NCBI RefSeq assembly: GCF_009834535.1
Contig: NC_045697.1
Location: 4,280,001 to 4,344,000, forward strand
Reading direction: 5' to 3'
Origin: Camelus ferus
Lineage: Eukaryota
DNA length: 64,000 nt
Under the pieces are notes generated by a model. The model worked only from the letters and a program-made list of their open reading frames with translations. It did no database searches and was not told the DNA's origin. Position 1 is the first letter of the stretch; each line of letters begins with the position of its first letter. A program made the position numbers and the translations under genes. Of this stretch, positions 1 to 12,800 are shown in pieces.

Positions 1-729
1 TCTAGAAAGGGGAGACTGCAGGGGCAGAGTCTCAGACATGAGGGTGCACCAGGGCGGCCGGACGAGGATGTCTGTGTAATGGGCTGTTGTTCAGACATTT
101 AAAATACTGGCTTAGGAGGTTTTTAGTGACACGGGGAAATGATTATGCTGGAAGATGCCGTGGGGGGAAAAGCAAGGCAGTGACTACTTCACCAAAAGAA
201 TGAGAACGAAAAACATGGAGAGAAATATGCCCGGAAACTGTCCCTGAGTGTGTGTGCGGGAAGGACAGGATTTAGAGAGACTAGAGGTGGCACTGTGCCC
301 CCCACGCTGTTTGAATGACGTCCTTCGTGGGCTGGAGGTGGGAATCAGAGCCCCTCTTGGCGTTTGTGACTGTCAGCTGGCTCCCCAGGGGTCTGAACGA
401 GCAGCCGCCCACGCGGGCTGCCACTGTGTCCCGAGCCCAGCACACGCACGGATTCCGGGAACGTCACTGTCATACGCCTGGTGGTGGCGAGCTGGGTGTG
501 ACTCCGCCCACAAGCTCAAGTGCAAGAGCTGTAACTGTCTTTCGATGACTCAACTCCGCTGAATTTGTCGCCCCCGCGCCCGGGGCTGCAGTGAGCAGCC
601 TGGGGCCACGTGGATTCCGTCTCTTCCCAGATCCCACTGAGGTTCCAGAAGGCTTGGGCGGGGCTGAGGTGTGAGGAGAGGGGCTTCGCACCTTCTGACC
701 ACCGTGGGCTTTTTGCAAAAATTTATGCT

Positions 730-1000
730 TTTTGCATAAATGCTCACAGATGAAGTTGGCCTTAAATTTTCTTTGCCTACACACTTTGCCCAGTTTTGTT
801 AAGATTATTGTTGTCTTGTAAAATGAGCTTTCTCTCTCTTTCTTTTCCTGGAACAGTATAATGTGTTTACTCCTTGAAGTCTCAGTAAAACTCACTTGCT
901 AAATCTTTTTCAATTATTGGTTTATATAGGTTGGCTGTTGGAGTTACTGTTGTGTTAAAAAGGTTATATTTTAAATTTTTCTAGGATTTTTTTTTTCATT
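730..1000 (-). mobile_element. Ancient L1 fragment
   Basis: Diverged match to antisense L1 ORF2 (ttggccttaaattttc...aaaatgag...tccttgaagtctcagtaaaactcac). Confidence 0.45.
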
Positions 1001-1967
1001 CTCAAACTCAGTATTTGAAACAGGAACTTTCTCATTCATGCCAGTGAGAGGATTGCTGACCTGTCTTTGTGCCTTTGAAGTGCCTTTTTTTCCTCATGTA
1101 ACTCGCCGTGACTACGTAGTAAGGAGGAATACCTGCCTCGCTGTGCGCTCTCTCCAGATCACGTTTGTTCCAAGGCCTCACGAGAAGCTGAGCACACAGA
1201 CAAGTGTCCACTAGGGTGTCACTGGTCTTGTTTTTAATCACAACAAGTGGTGGTTATTCGAGCTAGATTTCTTTTCTTTAAGGAGACTTGGAGGTTGGAA
1301 CCTGTTCTTTATGTCTTGCTTCTCCCCATTTATCCAGCTGTGACGCAGAACTCAGGGAGGGGGTAGCGGACCGCGACACCCCTAGAGATGCATGGTCACC
1401 ACCTCCTTTCCCCAAGCGGCAGGTTAGACCGTGGTTTTCTGTCCACTGAATCCAGGGTGTCTGGGGTCAGGTGCTGACTTCTGCTGTCGGACAGATGAGG
1501 AAGCCGAGGTCCAGAGAAGTGCGGTGGCTGCCCAGCCCCTCCCCGTCAGCGGCAGAGCTGCAGATCACAGGGCGGCTGCTGCCCAGCCCACAGCGTCCTG
1601 TCTTTCTCCAAAGCAGTAGAAATCCAGGTCTTTTGTCTGTTAGTCATTATGACAGGGTAACCATGGAAACAGCTGTGCTGAAATCTTCCAAGTAAACAGT
1701 TATTTCTGCTTTTAACTGAAGGGACGTGCAAGAGCAGAGCAATTTCTTAGAAGAGATGGTGAAGACAGTCGCTCCCCCTGGTGGGCCCCCGCTACGTGCC
1801 AGCCTGGGGCTGGGGGAAGCGGTAGCCGCAGTTAACACTGGTCAAGTGTTCGCACCACGCCAGGTGCTGCTCTTGAGTTTCCTTCTCAGTTAATCCTCTG
1901 AGCTGCCCTAGGATGGAGCCTAGGATGGAGGTACTTGATTATTCATTTTGCAGGTGAGGAAACTGAG

Positions 1968-2402
1968 TGTGTTGGTTTCCAGTGGTTGCTGTACAATTTC
2001 CACAAACCTTGGGGGCTTAAACAACACAAATATATTTGTTTACAATTCTAGCTGTCAGAGGTCTAAAATTCAGGCGTCGCCAGGGCTTCATTCCTTGTGT
2101 TTCCTTGTCTTCTCTGGCTTCTAGAGGCCACCTACAATCCTCGGCTCGTGGCCCCTTCCGTCTTCAAAATGCATCACTCCAACCCCTGCTTCCATCATCC
2201 CATCTCTTCTTCTGCCTTTGACCTCCCTACGTCTGTCCTGTGATAACAGTGGGCCCATCCAGAGAATCCAGGGTAATCTCTGCAGCTCGAGACTCTTACC
2301 TTACTCACTTCACATCTGCGAAGTCTTTTGTCGTGTAAGGTACCATATGTACAGGCTCCAGGAATTAGGATGTGGACATCTTTGGGGACCTGGCTTATCA
2401 TA
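1968..2402 (-). mobile_element. MaLR LTR (MLT1-type) inserted into a MIR
   Basis: ccacaaaccttgggggcttaaacaacacaaat...ggaattaggatgtggacatctttgggg. MIR halves (gcaggtgaggaaactgag | gcacagagaagtgag...aaggtcacacagct) rejoin across it. Confidence 0.75.
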
Positions 2403-5400
2403 TGGAGGCACAGAGAAGTGAGGACACCTTTCTCAAGGTCACACAGCTAAGTAGAGCCAAGATAGAGGCTCCAGTAATCTCATGCCTATCAGCCTGTGCT
2501 TTCTAACTTAATCTTCACAGAAGCCTCGAGAACCAAGAACTCTTGGGGGGATTGTGGGTGAGCCAAGTTCATTTAAAGGAGCTGGGTGGGATAGACTCCC
2601 AGGACTCACCCCTGGTAATGGATCTGGGGTAGAAAGACCAGACCCTGTCCCCCTCTGTTGCGGAGGCTCCAGATAGCTGGGGGCAGAGTCAGGCTAAAGT
2701 CCGCAGCAGAGGGCACGGGCGGTGCAAAGGCCCTGCAGCTGGATCCTGAGGCCGGTGCAGCAGGAGCAGTGTCGGGGAAGGTGGGAGGTGAGGTCAGATG
2801 TGCGTGGAGAGAAGAGGGTCCGAATCAAGAGGGCCTTACCAACCGGGGCTGGGGCTCTGGGTTTACTCAGAAAGGACAGGAACCACTGGGGGCTTTGACC
2901 AGGCTGTGTTTTAACAGGATCCTTCCGCCCACTGAGTGGTGAATAATCTGTGGGGTGAGGGTGGATGTGGGGGCCAGCTGGGAGATCACCGTAACCCCAG
3001 TGAAGGGGGCTGATGCCCAGAGCAGGGTGGGCGTGGTCAGTGAAGGGAGTGAAGCCGGGCATCCGCAGCACCCGCATGGAAGGTCGGCTTTGCCCACGGC
3101 TGCACGGAGGGTGGGAGAGGGGGTGAGGGATGGCCCCAGGCTTCGTGCGGAGAGGGGGCGCCGGCCTTCACGGAGCAAGCAGACTCCTGAGTAAGAGGGA
3201 GCACTACAACGGGGACGTTTCTGCAGCCTTCGCAGCTGCCCCGATGCAGGTGGTTTTAATTAAGGGGGTCACAGGAGACATCGCTGCACCCTTGAAGAAT
3301 AAAAAAGAGTGAGTCTGGGATGAGAAGGGGCAGGGGGAAGAGGGCTGCAGGTGGGGTGATGGGACAGCTGTGGGGTGCAAAGACGGAGAAGTTGGGGGCA
3401 GATCATGCAGGGCCAGGGGCCACAGGTTGGATGGATTTTATTTTGTCCAGTGGGGTCCGTCACATGGTGCTGAGCAGGAGACAGTTATAAGCAGAGAGTG
3501 ACCGTTGTCAACCTGCCATCGGTGAGTGTTCTCTGTGCCCACCGCCTTGCCTTGTAATGAGTCACTCACTGTCCCTGCCCCCTCTGCACAGTCTCAGCTG
3601 TTCCAGTGGCAGGGGGAGCAGGGGGTCAGGGGCGGGAAGGCAGCCTCGTAGGAGACACCCCCCCAACAGTGGCATCATGGGGAGTGACAGGTGCCGGGAA
3701 CCCAGGGGTCCCCTGTGATCCACAACCCCACTGCTTCTCCTGCTGCTGCATGGATGCCCCCCGACCCCAGTTCCTCCTGGCGCCCGAGGCGGGACTGGCC
3801 TGGACACATGTGTCCTCATTCACGTGGATGTTCTCACACATCAGAGCAGAGGAGGGACCCGTTGCCAGGGCAACCAAGAGCAAGGACCAGGCAGTACCCA
3901 CCTACTCCTCGAGCCTGTCTCCTCCTGTGCTCTCCGCCTCCGCGGACCTGCAGCGCCACCTCCGTATGTCTGTGATCCTCTCCGCGGTCTCACTGAGACC
4001 AACTGCACTGTGTCCTGATTGTGTGGCTGAAGCCAGTGCAATTCTTCCGTCTAACCCTGAACCTCCCATCACCCCAGACCCATCTGATAATTTCTGCCTG
4101 CTCAGTTTAACCCCCACCTCCCCACCCATTCCCGGAGAAGACCATCCACCATTTTGACAACAAGAGTGGTATGTAGCAGGTGCCACTCAGAGTGACACCA
4201 AGCAAGAGCCACAGGCCCTCAGAGGCCACTTCCAGCAGATACAAGCTTCACTGCTGGGCCTGGAAACTTAAGTGGAATCATATCAGGTGGAGGGAGAAAT
4301 TTGTCTGGAAAGGGAAGAGACCACATGGGCAGGCAGCACCTGGAGGTTCTGTCCACTCTGTGAGTGAGTCTGAGCTCTGAGCCTGGCTCCAGGCTGGGCA
4401 GGGATGCCAAGATGACCCATGACAGAGGCAGGACCCCCTGCTCCAGGAGCTCACAGCCCCATGAGGTGACCATGCATCTTCACCAATGACTTATAAGAGG
4501 GTACCCTGGGGCTCTTTGATAAGCAAGTGTGAGCATTTACTTTCTTTGGAAGGCATCTGGACAAGAAGCACAAAGAACAAGACATTTGAGCTGGGGTTCT
4601 GAAGGATGTGTAGGAGTTGATAGGAAAGATAGGGGCAAAAAATGGGAAAGGAAGTTTCAGGGAGAGAAAACAATGTGAAAAAATAAATATAAAAACAGCT
4701 ACACAGTTTTATGGAGCATCTACTCAAGTCCCTCACAGAACAGGTGCTTCCAGGTGTTACCTCTGGGAGTCACATCCTGCTGGTTCTCCGGATGAGGGAA
4801 TTTGGGCTCAGAGAGGTTCAGGGGCTTACCTGAGGTCACACGGTGCTTTGTTCTGCTCTACTGCTTGGTACATGGCAGGGCAAGGACTAGGATGAGGTGA
4901 GAGAGATGCCTAAGGCACGATGGACCCTGAGAGTTAGTTGTTCAATAAGGTCCCCTGGGGGTCTTGCTTGTCTCACCCCATCTGAGGCTCTGGACCCTGG
5001 GACCCTGGGAAAAGGCATTGGAATGTGGCTGCAGGAGGGGAATTTGGGCATGTGAGGCTGGGGCAGCAGACTGGCTGCAGCCCAATTAGGAAGGAGCTTG
5101 TCAGCTACCTAGAGGAGATAGAACCTTGATCCTTGGGCACTGGGAGCCATGGAGGACTTTAAGCAGAAGAGGGACGCATCAGCGTTGTGCGTGAGGCTGG
5201 AGAGGAAGGCTGGCCCCACCTGAGGCTTCATTTCTATTTCCTCAGATCACAGGTGCTTCAGAGCCTCCCCGGGACCCTTCACTTCACGCTGGCGAGCATG
5301 GCAGGGAAGGGGCTCCCCACCCTGCCCCTGTGAGTGATGCAACAACACCGTGAGACACCCAGAAAGGAAGATGTGCTTGTCAGGGAACCAGCTAGGGCTG

Positions 5401-5445
5401 CAAGAGCCTTAATTATGCAAAATCATTAGAAAGAGATAGGACCAT

Positions 5446-5784
5446 TAAAAAAAGACACAAATGAACTTATTTACAAAACAGAAACAGACTCACAGACATA
5501 GAAAACTTATAGCTACCAGAGGGGAAAGGAGGTGGGAAGGGATAAATTGGGAGTTTGAGATTTGCAGATACTAACTAATATATATAAAATAGATAAACAA
5601 CAAGTTTATACTGTAGAACACAGGGAACTATATTCAATATCTTATAGTAGCCTATAGTGAAAAAGAATATGAAAAGGAATACATGTGTGTACATGTCTGA
5701 CTGAAACATGACGCTGTGCACCAGAAGTTGACACAACATTGTTTACTGACTATACTTCAATTTAAAATTTTTTTTAATTTTTAA
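5446..5784 (+). mobile_element. 5'-truncated L1 3' end, flanked by 16-bp TSD aaagagataggaccat
   Basis: Typical artiodactyl L1 3'UTR (acaaatgaacttatttacaaaacagaaacagactcacagacatagaaaac...gactatacttcaa); TSDs at 5430-5445 and 5785-5800. Confidence 0.85.
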
Positions 5785-5800
5785 AAAGAGATAGGACCAT

Positions 5801-5980
5801 ATGAAATAGATAAACAACAAGGTCCTCATATATAGCACAGGGAACCATATTCAATAGCTTGTACTAACCTATAATGAAAAAGAGTATAAAAAAGAATAAA
5901 TATATATATAACTGAATCACTATGGAGTACACCAAAAATTAACACAACATTGTAAACTGACTGTACTTCAGGTTTTAAAA
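5801..5980 (+). mobile_element. Second, shorter L1 3' end
   Basis: aaatagataaacaacaaggtcct...aacacaacattgtaaactgactgtacttca, homologous to the 3' half of the adjacent L1. Confidence 0.8.
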
Positions 5981-7249
5981 ACTGAGATAGGACGGAGATT
6001 TCTGCTGATTCAGAGCCCTCCAACTTTAAGATAATTAGGGCAGGGAGAGAGGTGGGATGGAGCCCAGTGCGGGTGACAGGGGCTCTGAGTCGCGACTCTT
6101 TAAACTCTTGGCAGCAATAATTACTGTGAAATGTCCTTAGTGATTCTATCAGTTTGCAGTGAGACCCCCCCCCTACCCTTATCTCTTACAAATGCCCTGG
6201 GGATGAGGTGTGTGTGCAGTGGGGGGAGAGGTGGGAAGGGACTGATATGAAATAGAAGATTCTGCAATCTTTTGATTAAAAAAAAATACTTGTATCAGCA
6301 ATTTCATAGAAATGTTTGAAAACTGAGATCTTCTAGGTGTAAATGTTTCAGGCTTGTTAATGTCCCTTCCCACTGATCCTCTTCAGTTCTGGTGCTTTTG
6401 GGCTTAAAAAGAAAAACATCAGAAACGCCCAAGGATCATCAGTCAGCACTGAGGCCGAGGGGGCTGTTCGCTGCTTCTGTTCTCAGTGGTTAGCTCATCC
6501 TCTCAGCCTGTAAGCCTGTGGTTTCCTGCTCCTTACAGCTGGCAGAAGACACAGCCCAGGGGTCTGTGGCACCTGGCGCAGGTGTCCCTTTATGCTTGTG
6601 GTCCCATCCACCTACCTGCCGCCACAAGGAGGCCAGGAGCTCTGCAGGGTGCAGGGGCGGACTGAGCTGGACCAGCCCTAGTGGTTTCGGTGGAGGCTGG
6701 AGGAAACCACCACGGAGATGCGAGGGGTACAAAGTCAGGGTGCGAGAGACAGACCCCCCCACTTACACTTTTATATCTTACCTTCTGTCTGACACCTCGT
6801 GACAGAGATGCTAGTTCAATCAAGAGAGGGTTCCCACCTGGGGCAATGCTGGGGCCACCAGGTCCCTGCTGAGAGTTTGGGGTCACTCTGCTGTCAAACT
6901 CTCTGCCCCATTTCTTCCAAATACTTGATTTAGACCCTTGTTCATTTAAAGACGACACAGCATCTCATCACTTTAATTTAAGTAAGAAATCAAGTATTGA
7001 ATTTTTTTTCTTTACTCCAGGCATCTGGGAGAAGAGGGGAATGTCATTGATTTAATTTTTGGCTTAATTAGGACTATTTAGACCAGCAGAAACAAAGATG
7101 TCAGTGTAATTACTATTACCAGAGTGCAAAGCACGATTATGTGAGATGACCAATCAGAAATTAGAGGTTTTCAAGGCTAAAACCACCAGGAGGTCTCCTT
7201 GCCACCGCTGGGAGGGGAATCCCGGAGAGACCCACAGCTTGCCATCCCC

Positions 7250-7712
7250 CGACCCCCGCCTCTTCAAGCCCTTCTGTGGCTCCCCATTGCCTATGAGATG
7301 ACACTCTTCCCTTGGCTTACGGCCTCTTGCTCACGCCTTTCTCTGGCTATAGCTCCCCCCGTCTCAGGACCTTTGCACGTGCTATGGTTTCTGCCTGGAG
7401 TCCTCCTCCCTGGTGTCTCACTTCATTCACATCCCTGCTCACATGTTCTCTCCCACAGAGACCCCATCCATCCAAATCATCAGCCCCCTTCTCTCTGTCT
7501 CCTCCCTTGCTTTATCGTTCCTTCCAGTGCTCACCACTGCCTTACGGCATCACAGGTCACTGAGTTTTATTGTGTGCCTCTGGGAGGAGACTGTGGGCTC
7601 CTGGAGGGCGGAGTGTTGTGTGGCTCACTGTAGCATCCCAGGGCCTCAAACAGTGTCCGGCTTATGGTGGGCGCTCAGTACAGGCTGGTTAACTGAGAGA
7701 ATGAATGACTGC
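7250..7712 (-). mobile_element. L2 3' fragment
   Basis: ggacctttgcacgtgct...tctgcctgga...gggctcctggagggc...cagtgtccggc...ggcgctcagta...gaatgaatga. Confidence 0.55.
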
Positions 7713-7984
7713 ATGCAGGCAGTGGCACACGGGAGCATCCGATGGCATAAAATGTTTCCAGACACCCTGCAGAGGTGGGCTGAACAGGAGTTGTATTTCT
7801 GGGAAAGACAGTAGCAAGTGTCTTCCTTGGACAAGAGGGAGAACAGGTTCCCAGATGGGGGCGGTCAGGGCCTGGGACAGACCTGGGAAGTGGGATGTGG
7901 GACTTTGTGACCAGGAGGGGCCAGTAGGAAGGACACTCCTGTGAGCCTCTGGGGCCGTGTGATCAGCTCTGCTTTCCTGTGTTG

Positions 7985-8470
7985 TTGTTGTTTATTGAAG
8001 TGCAGTCAGTTACAATGTGTCAGTCTCTGGTGCACAGCACAACGTCTCAGTCATGCATATACAGACATATATTCGTTTTCATACTCTTTTTCATTAAAGG
8101 TTATTGTAAGATATTGAATATATTTCCCTGTGCTATACAGAAGAAATTTGGAGAGGGGTTGTCTATTTTTATATATAGTGGTTATCATTTGCAAATCTCA
8201 AATTCCCAAATTTACCCCTTCCCACCCCCTTTCCGGGGTAGCCACAAGATTGTTTACTATGTCTGTGAGCCTGTTTCTTTTGCAGTTCAGTTCATTAGTG
8301 TCCTCTTTTTTCTTTTTTCTTTTTTTTCAGATTCCACATATGAATGATAGCATATGGTATTTTTCTTTCTCTTTCTGGCTGACTTCACTTAGAATGACGA
8401 TCTCTAGGTCCATCCATGTTGCTGCAAATGGCATTATTTTATTCTTTTTCATCACTGAGTAGTATTTCAT
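7985..8470 (-). mobile_element. L1 3' fragment (ORF2 C-terminus and 3'UTR)
   Basis: Minus-strand peptide YYSVMKKNKIMPFAATWMDLEIVILSEVSQKEKEKYHMLSFICGI is the L1 ORF2 terminus. Confidence 0.9.
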
Positions 8471-9239
8471 TGGCTGGAAACAGGCCAGCAGGAGGGCAGC
8501 CACTTGGCCGGTTCCCATGGGGAAGCTGGACGGGGTGCCAAATATTTAAATCCCTCGAGACTGGCTATAAATGGCTGCCAACCCACCACCCCATCCTCTT
8601 CCTTGAGCCCTAGGCCTGTCCGCAGCCCAAGTCCTAACGCTTGGTCAGCAGGGACCTTTGTTTCCACCAGGCTCCAGCACCAGGACCACTGCAGGATTTG
8701 ATTTGCCAGTAAGGGTGTTGGTGAGCAGACTGTGGGACAGACAGCAACAGACATGAGCTTGGAAGTCCTGCTGCATGGCCACCTCCGTGTGTCAGGAAGG
8801 CCTGGTTTGGGGAGGGGGCAGGTGGAAGGGGACGCTGCCCGGGGAGCCGCTCACTGCCCACTATGTCCCAGACTGGGATCTCCAGCAGGGGCAGTGAGCT
8901 GTTGTCTTCAGAGGCCGGGAAAGCAACTCCCTGTGTGGAGCAACTGGTCTCAGATAACAGCAGGTGGGTGGCAGGCAGCAGACAGGGGCTGGAGCTGCGT
9001 CTGTGGCGGAGAGACTGGACTTTGCTACAACCCCGTGGCAGCTGTAAAGAATGTACCTACACGCAGGGCTCTACCGTGAGTGCCCAGGACACTGTGAACA
9101 GAGGCCCCGCGGCCAGTTAGAGCCACAAACGGTGCCCAGCCTAGTCCAGGGTGGAGTCCAGCACATTCGAGGATGCCCGGACAGCTCACAGTACTGGTGT
9201 CCAGAATCGCCAGCAGGTGGCAGTAGAGCGCAGCACTTT

Positions 9240-9450
9240 GAGAGCAGCTGTGGGTTCAGATCCCAGCTCCGCCACTTCCAGCTCTGAGACCTCAGGCATG
9301 GCTTTTAGCCATCCACGCCTCGATTTTCTTGGCTATAAAATGGGAATAATAGTGGTACAAACCTGACATTTTTACTGGGAGATTAGATGAGGTCATGCAC
9401 AGGAAGGGGCTCAGCATAGAATCTGGCTCAGAGTAAAGGCTCAGAAACAT
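9240..9450. mobile_element. MIR fragment
   Basis: gggttcagatcccagctccgccacttccagctctgagacctcaggc...ctataaaatgggaataatagt...gattagatgag. Confidence 0.6.
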
Positions 9451-9641
9451 TGTTCCAAGGAACATGATTCCTCTCTCTTTGGAGGAGCCATTTGGGCTGG
9501 TGTCTGACCTGTATTTAGTTATAGGTTTGATGAATGAATGAATGACCCACCATGTGAGCCCAAGGTGGAAGCAGACTCACCTATGGTTCGGACCCCATGG
9601 GTGGGTTTGGCCCAGTGACATGGTTGTTTCTGTCTCCGCAG

Positions 9642-9811
9642 TATTTGAAGAGCCGGAGGACCCCAGCAACCGCTCCTTCTTCTCAGAAATCATTTCCTCT
9701 GTGTCGGACGTGAAGTTCAGCCACAGCGGCCGGCACATGCTCACCCGGGATTACCTCACGGTCAAGGTCTGGGACCTGAACATGGAGGCGCGCCCGATCG
9801 AGACCTATCAG
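9642..9811 (+). CDS. PPP2R2C: PP2A regulatory subunit B55-gamma, internal coding exon (third from last; 170 bp)
   Basis: Encodes [56 protein letters not shown], recognisable B55 WD40 sequence. Acceptor tctgtctccgcag| ends at 9641; donor |gtgggc starts at 9812. Confidence 0.97.
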
Positions 9812-12800
9812 GTGGGCGCTGCGGTCTGGAAAGCCTCAGAGCCCCTCTGCCAGCGCAAGACCCCCAGCCGCCCTTTCTTGCGTCGCGAATTCACATGGAG
9901 GGTGGCTCTCACAGGCCCGTTTTGCACGTGAAGACACTGAGGTTTGGGCAATCAAGCAGCGCAGCCCCGGCCGTGTAGCTCAGCTGAGGGCGGGGTGCTT
10001 GCTTGGCTCTGCCTCCCGGGAACCTGTGTCATCTGTTGGCTCCTGCCAAAGGCAGGGCTAAATTGCCCTGCAGTCCAGGGCCCCGGGGACAAAGATGAAC
10101 ATCGTGCTGGGCTCAGCTGTAGGGTGCAGATGATGGTGTCCTCCGGGAGCCAGTGTCTGCAGTCCCACCATTAAGGCGGGCGAAGCGCTGCCCTCTCCCA
10201 GGGAGCACCTTAGACAGTGCGTGCGGGGGCGAGACGGGGGCCTGTTACGTTCACACTCCTCAGCCCGGGCTTTTGAAGCCAGGCATATAGGCTGACACAT
10301 GGGACACCTTCCCGGACAGTCATTGTGTTGTTGTTGTTATGATACATCCAGCTATATTAGAGACTAGAAAACAAAGTGCATGTGAAGTTAAAATAAGGCA
10401 CGGACTTGAAAGAAAGGTGCGACCATCTTTAAAGTGCTTTAAAACTGTCCAGTTATGTCTCTAGCTGGGGAAATCCTGGGAGGGTTCTTGGAGGAGGCAA
10501 TATTTGCGCTGGACCTTGTAGGATGAGTAGGATTTGATCATGGAGATGTGAGTGGGGAAACGCCCCACCGGAAGCCCCAGCCAAAGCCTCACAGTGTCAC
10601 CAGCTGCTTGGGCGCACACGGGGTGCCAGCCACACACATCTGTCACCTCTATTCCTTATTGCCCCGGTGCGGGGCGTGCCGTGGGTCCCACTTGGCAGAA
10701 AGGGGACTGAGGGCACTGAGAGGTTAGGGTGTGCAGGAGCGGCCTCAGGGCTGAGCGGTGACAGACTCAGAGCCCAGTGGAAGCCCTGCAGCCCCCTCAC
10801 CCCGCTTCCCTTCTCTGCCCAGGCCTGGGGCAGGGGGTGTCCGGGGAGGCAGAAGGGGGCCCACTGAGAAGGGGCGCAGAGCTGAGCGGGAAGGACCGGG
10901 TGCTCAGAGTCTGACCTGGGACACACGTGCTCCTGGCAGCCAGTGCCCACAAGGACATCCCCGCGGTGCTGGTGTGTTCTCCCGCCCCCCAGCTCCTACT
11001 CCTTCCTCAGGATGGATTCGTGAGCAGGCCTCTTTGGGAGCCGCAAGTGTTTCCTCCACTTCTAACCCAAGCAGGCCCCGTGCTCCCACTGACACCCCAA
11101 GGAGGGACCAGCCTCTCTTCTGACTCTCAGGAAGGGCAGAGGCCAGAGACTGGGGCAGGAGTGACGTCATGCCTGCTCAGGCCTGTGGGACTGACCATTC
11201 CCAGCATCCTTCCAGGGCTTGCCGCAGGGCGTTACTGTTTCCAGCCCCTTTAGCCGTTCAGCCTTTCATGTTCCTATAGTCAGCAAAGGACCATGGATCC
11301 TGAAACAAGGGGCAATGTTTAATATGGGTATTTTGTGGGGAGAGAGTCCAGAGTCTTCAGAGTCCCAAAGCACAAGAGGACCCAGTAAAGGGGGAGAATC
11401 ACTGCTCTGCAGGACGAAGCCCAAATCTGGGTGCTTGGCTTCCGGCCCAGCTCACCTGTCAATTCTAAAATAATAAGTTACATAAAACAAACATAATAGC
11501 TAACATATTTTAGCTATTATGTGCTAGAAATTGTGCATAGCAGGATTGTGTTTAGCTGACTTGCAGTACTGAACAGATAGGGGATTTTCTTCCTTCACAA
11601 GCTTGGAGGAGAGTATCCAGGAACAGTGAGTGGCTCCGTGACCTGCTCAGTATCTCAACAGCTACTTCTGTCATCTAGTTCACAGTTATTTGTGTGTTGG
11701 TTTTCTACCTTCATGTGTGTTACCTCATGATGGAAAAATGGCTGCCATACCTCCAGGAAGTATGCCTACATTCCAGGCAGAAAATTAGAGAAAATGTGGG
11801 CCAGTTAGATCTATTATATGTTTTATCAGGAGCACAAAAGCTTTCCCAGAACACTCCTCAGAAGACTTCTTACAACTCATTGGCTAGAATGAGTCCATGA
11901 CCAGACTGAGAAAATGAATAGTTTATAGCCTCTGCGGCTGATGGAGGCAGGAGAGAAAGGGGTAGGCAGGGGGGTTGAGTGATCCAGCCCTCAGCATGTG
12001 CAGTATTGATTTAAGTCCTTGGCACACTTTTCATCTTCTAAGCCTCCCAGCTGCCCTGGGAGGTGGGACCTGTGTTCTCCCTCTCCCATTTTATTTGGTG
12101 AAAATTGAGTTAAATGGTGTATCTGATTTAAATGATGGTAGAGTAGCAGGCGGCCGACTAGATTGGTCTTTATTACTGCAGAGCTCACCCTCTTCCCTAC
12201 CCAGCCACCAGCGGGCGGGAGGCACTCTGTATATAGGAGAGAGAACAGCACATGTGTTAGGACCAGTGCATCCGTGAGGCTGTCGTGATGATGCAAAGAG
12301 CACTCACACAAATGCAGACCTGGAGGGCTGAACACGAGCATCCTACAGTCTGTTCAGGGAATGAAGTCAGGCGCCTGGGATGACCAAGTCATCCCCTTTC
12401 ATCTTGGTCATTGCACACACTGGGCAGGCGCTCTGTACCGGGCTAGACCTTGGGCTCAGAGGGAAGGAGGAGCTGCGGCCTCACCCTCAAGGGTCCCAGA
12501 CAACAGGAGCACAGTGGACCAGAGCCTGGTGTGGCCGCAGGCCAGGAGACTCACCAGGGAGACCGTGGGGCTGGTCTCCCGGGGGTGGGGGCACCTATCT
12601 GAAAGGGGGAGGCTGCCCGGAGCTGGGTTTTTCAAGATGAATAAGAGGTTCTGAGACAGAAAAGGATGCAAGCCTCCTTTTCCTTCCCCTGCCCTCCCTA
12701 TACTTGATCTTTGGTTTGTGGGCCAGTGCCGCTGCCCAGCAGGGGTGCACATTTCTTTCTCTCCCTCCCTCTGAGCTAATCAGGGCCGCAAATACCTACA

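Noticed and set aside
710..741. Palindrome tttttgcaaaaa and 8-bp hairpin atttatgc-ttttt-gcataaat
   Set aside because: Short, AT-rich and at the edge of an old L1; compatible with chance.
1..9641. Earlier PPP2R2C exons or a nested gene
   Set aside because: No B55-like peptide in the ORF track or by eye; the region reads as repeat-rich intron.
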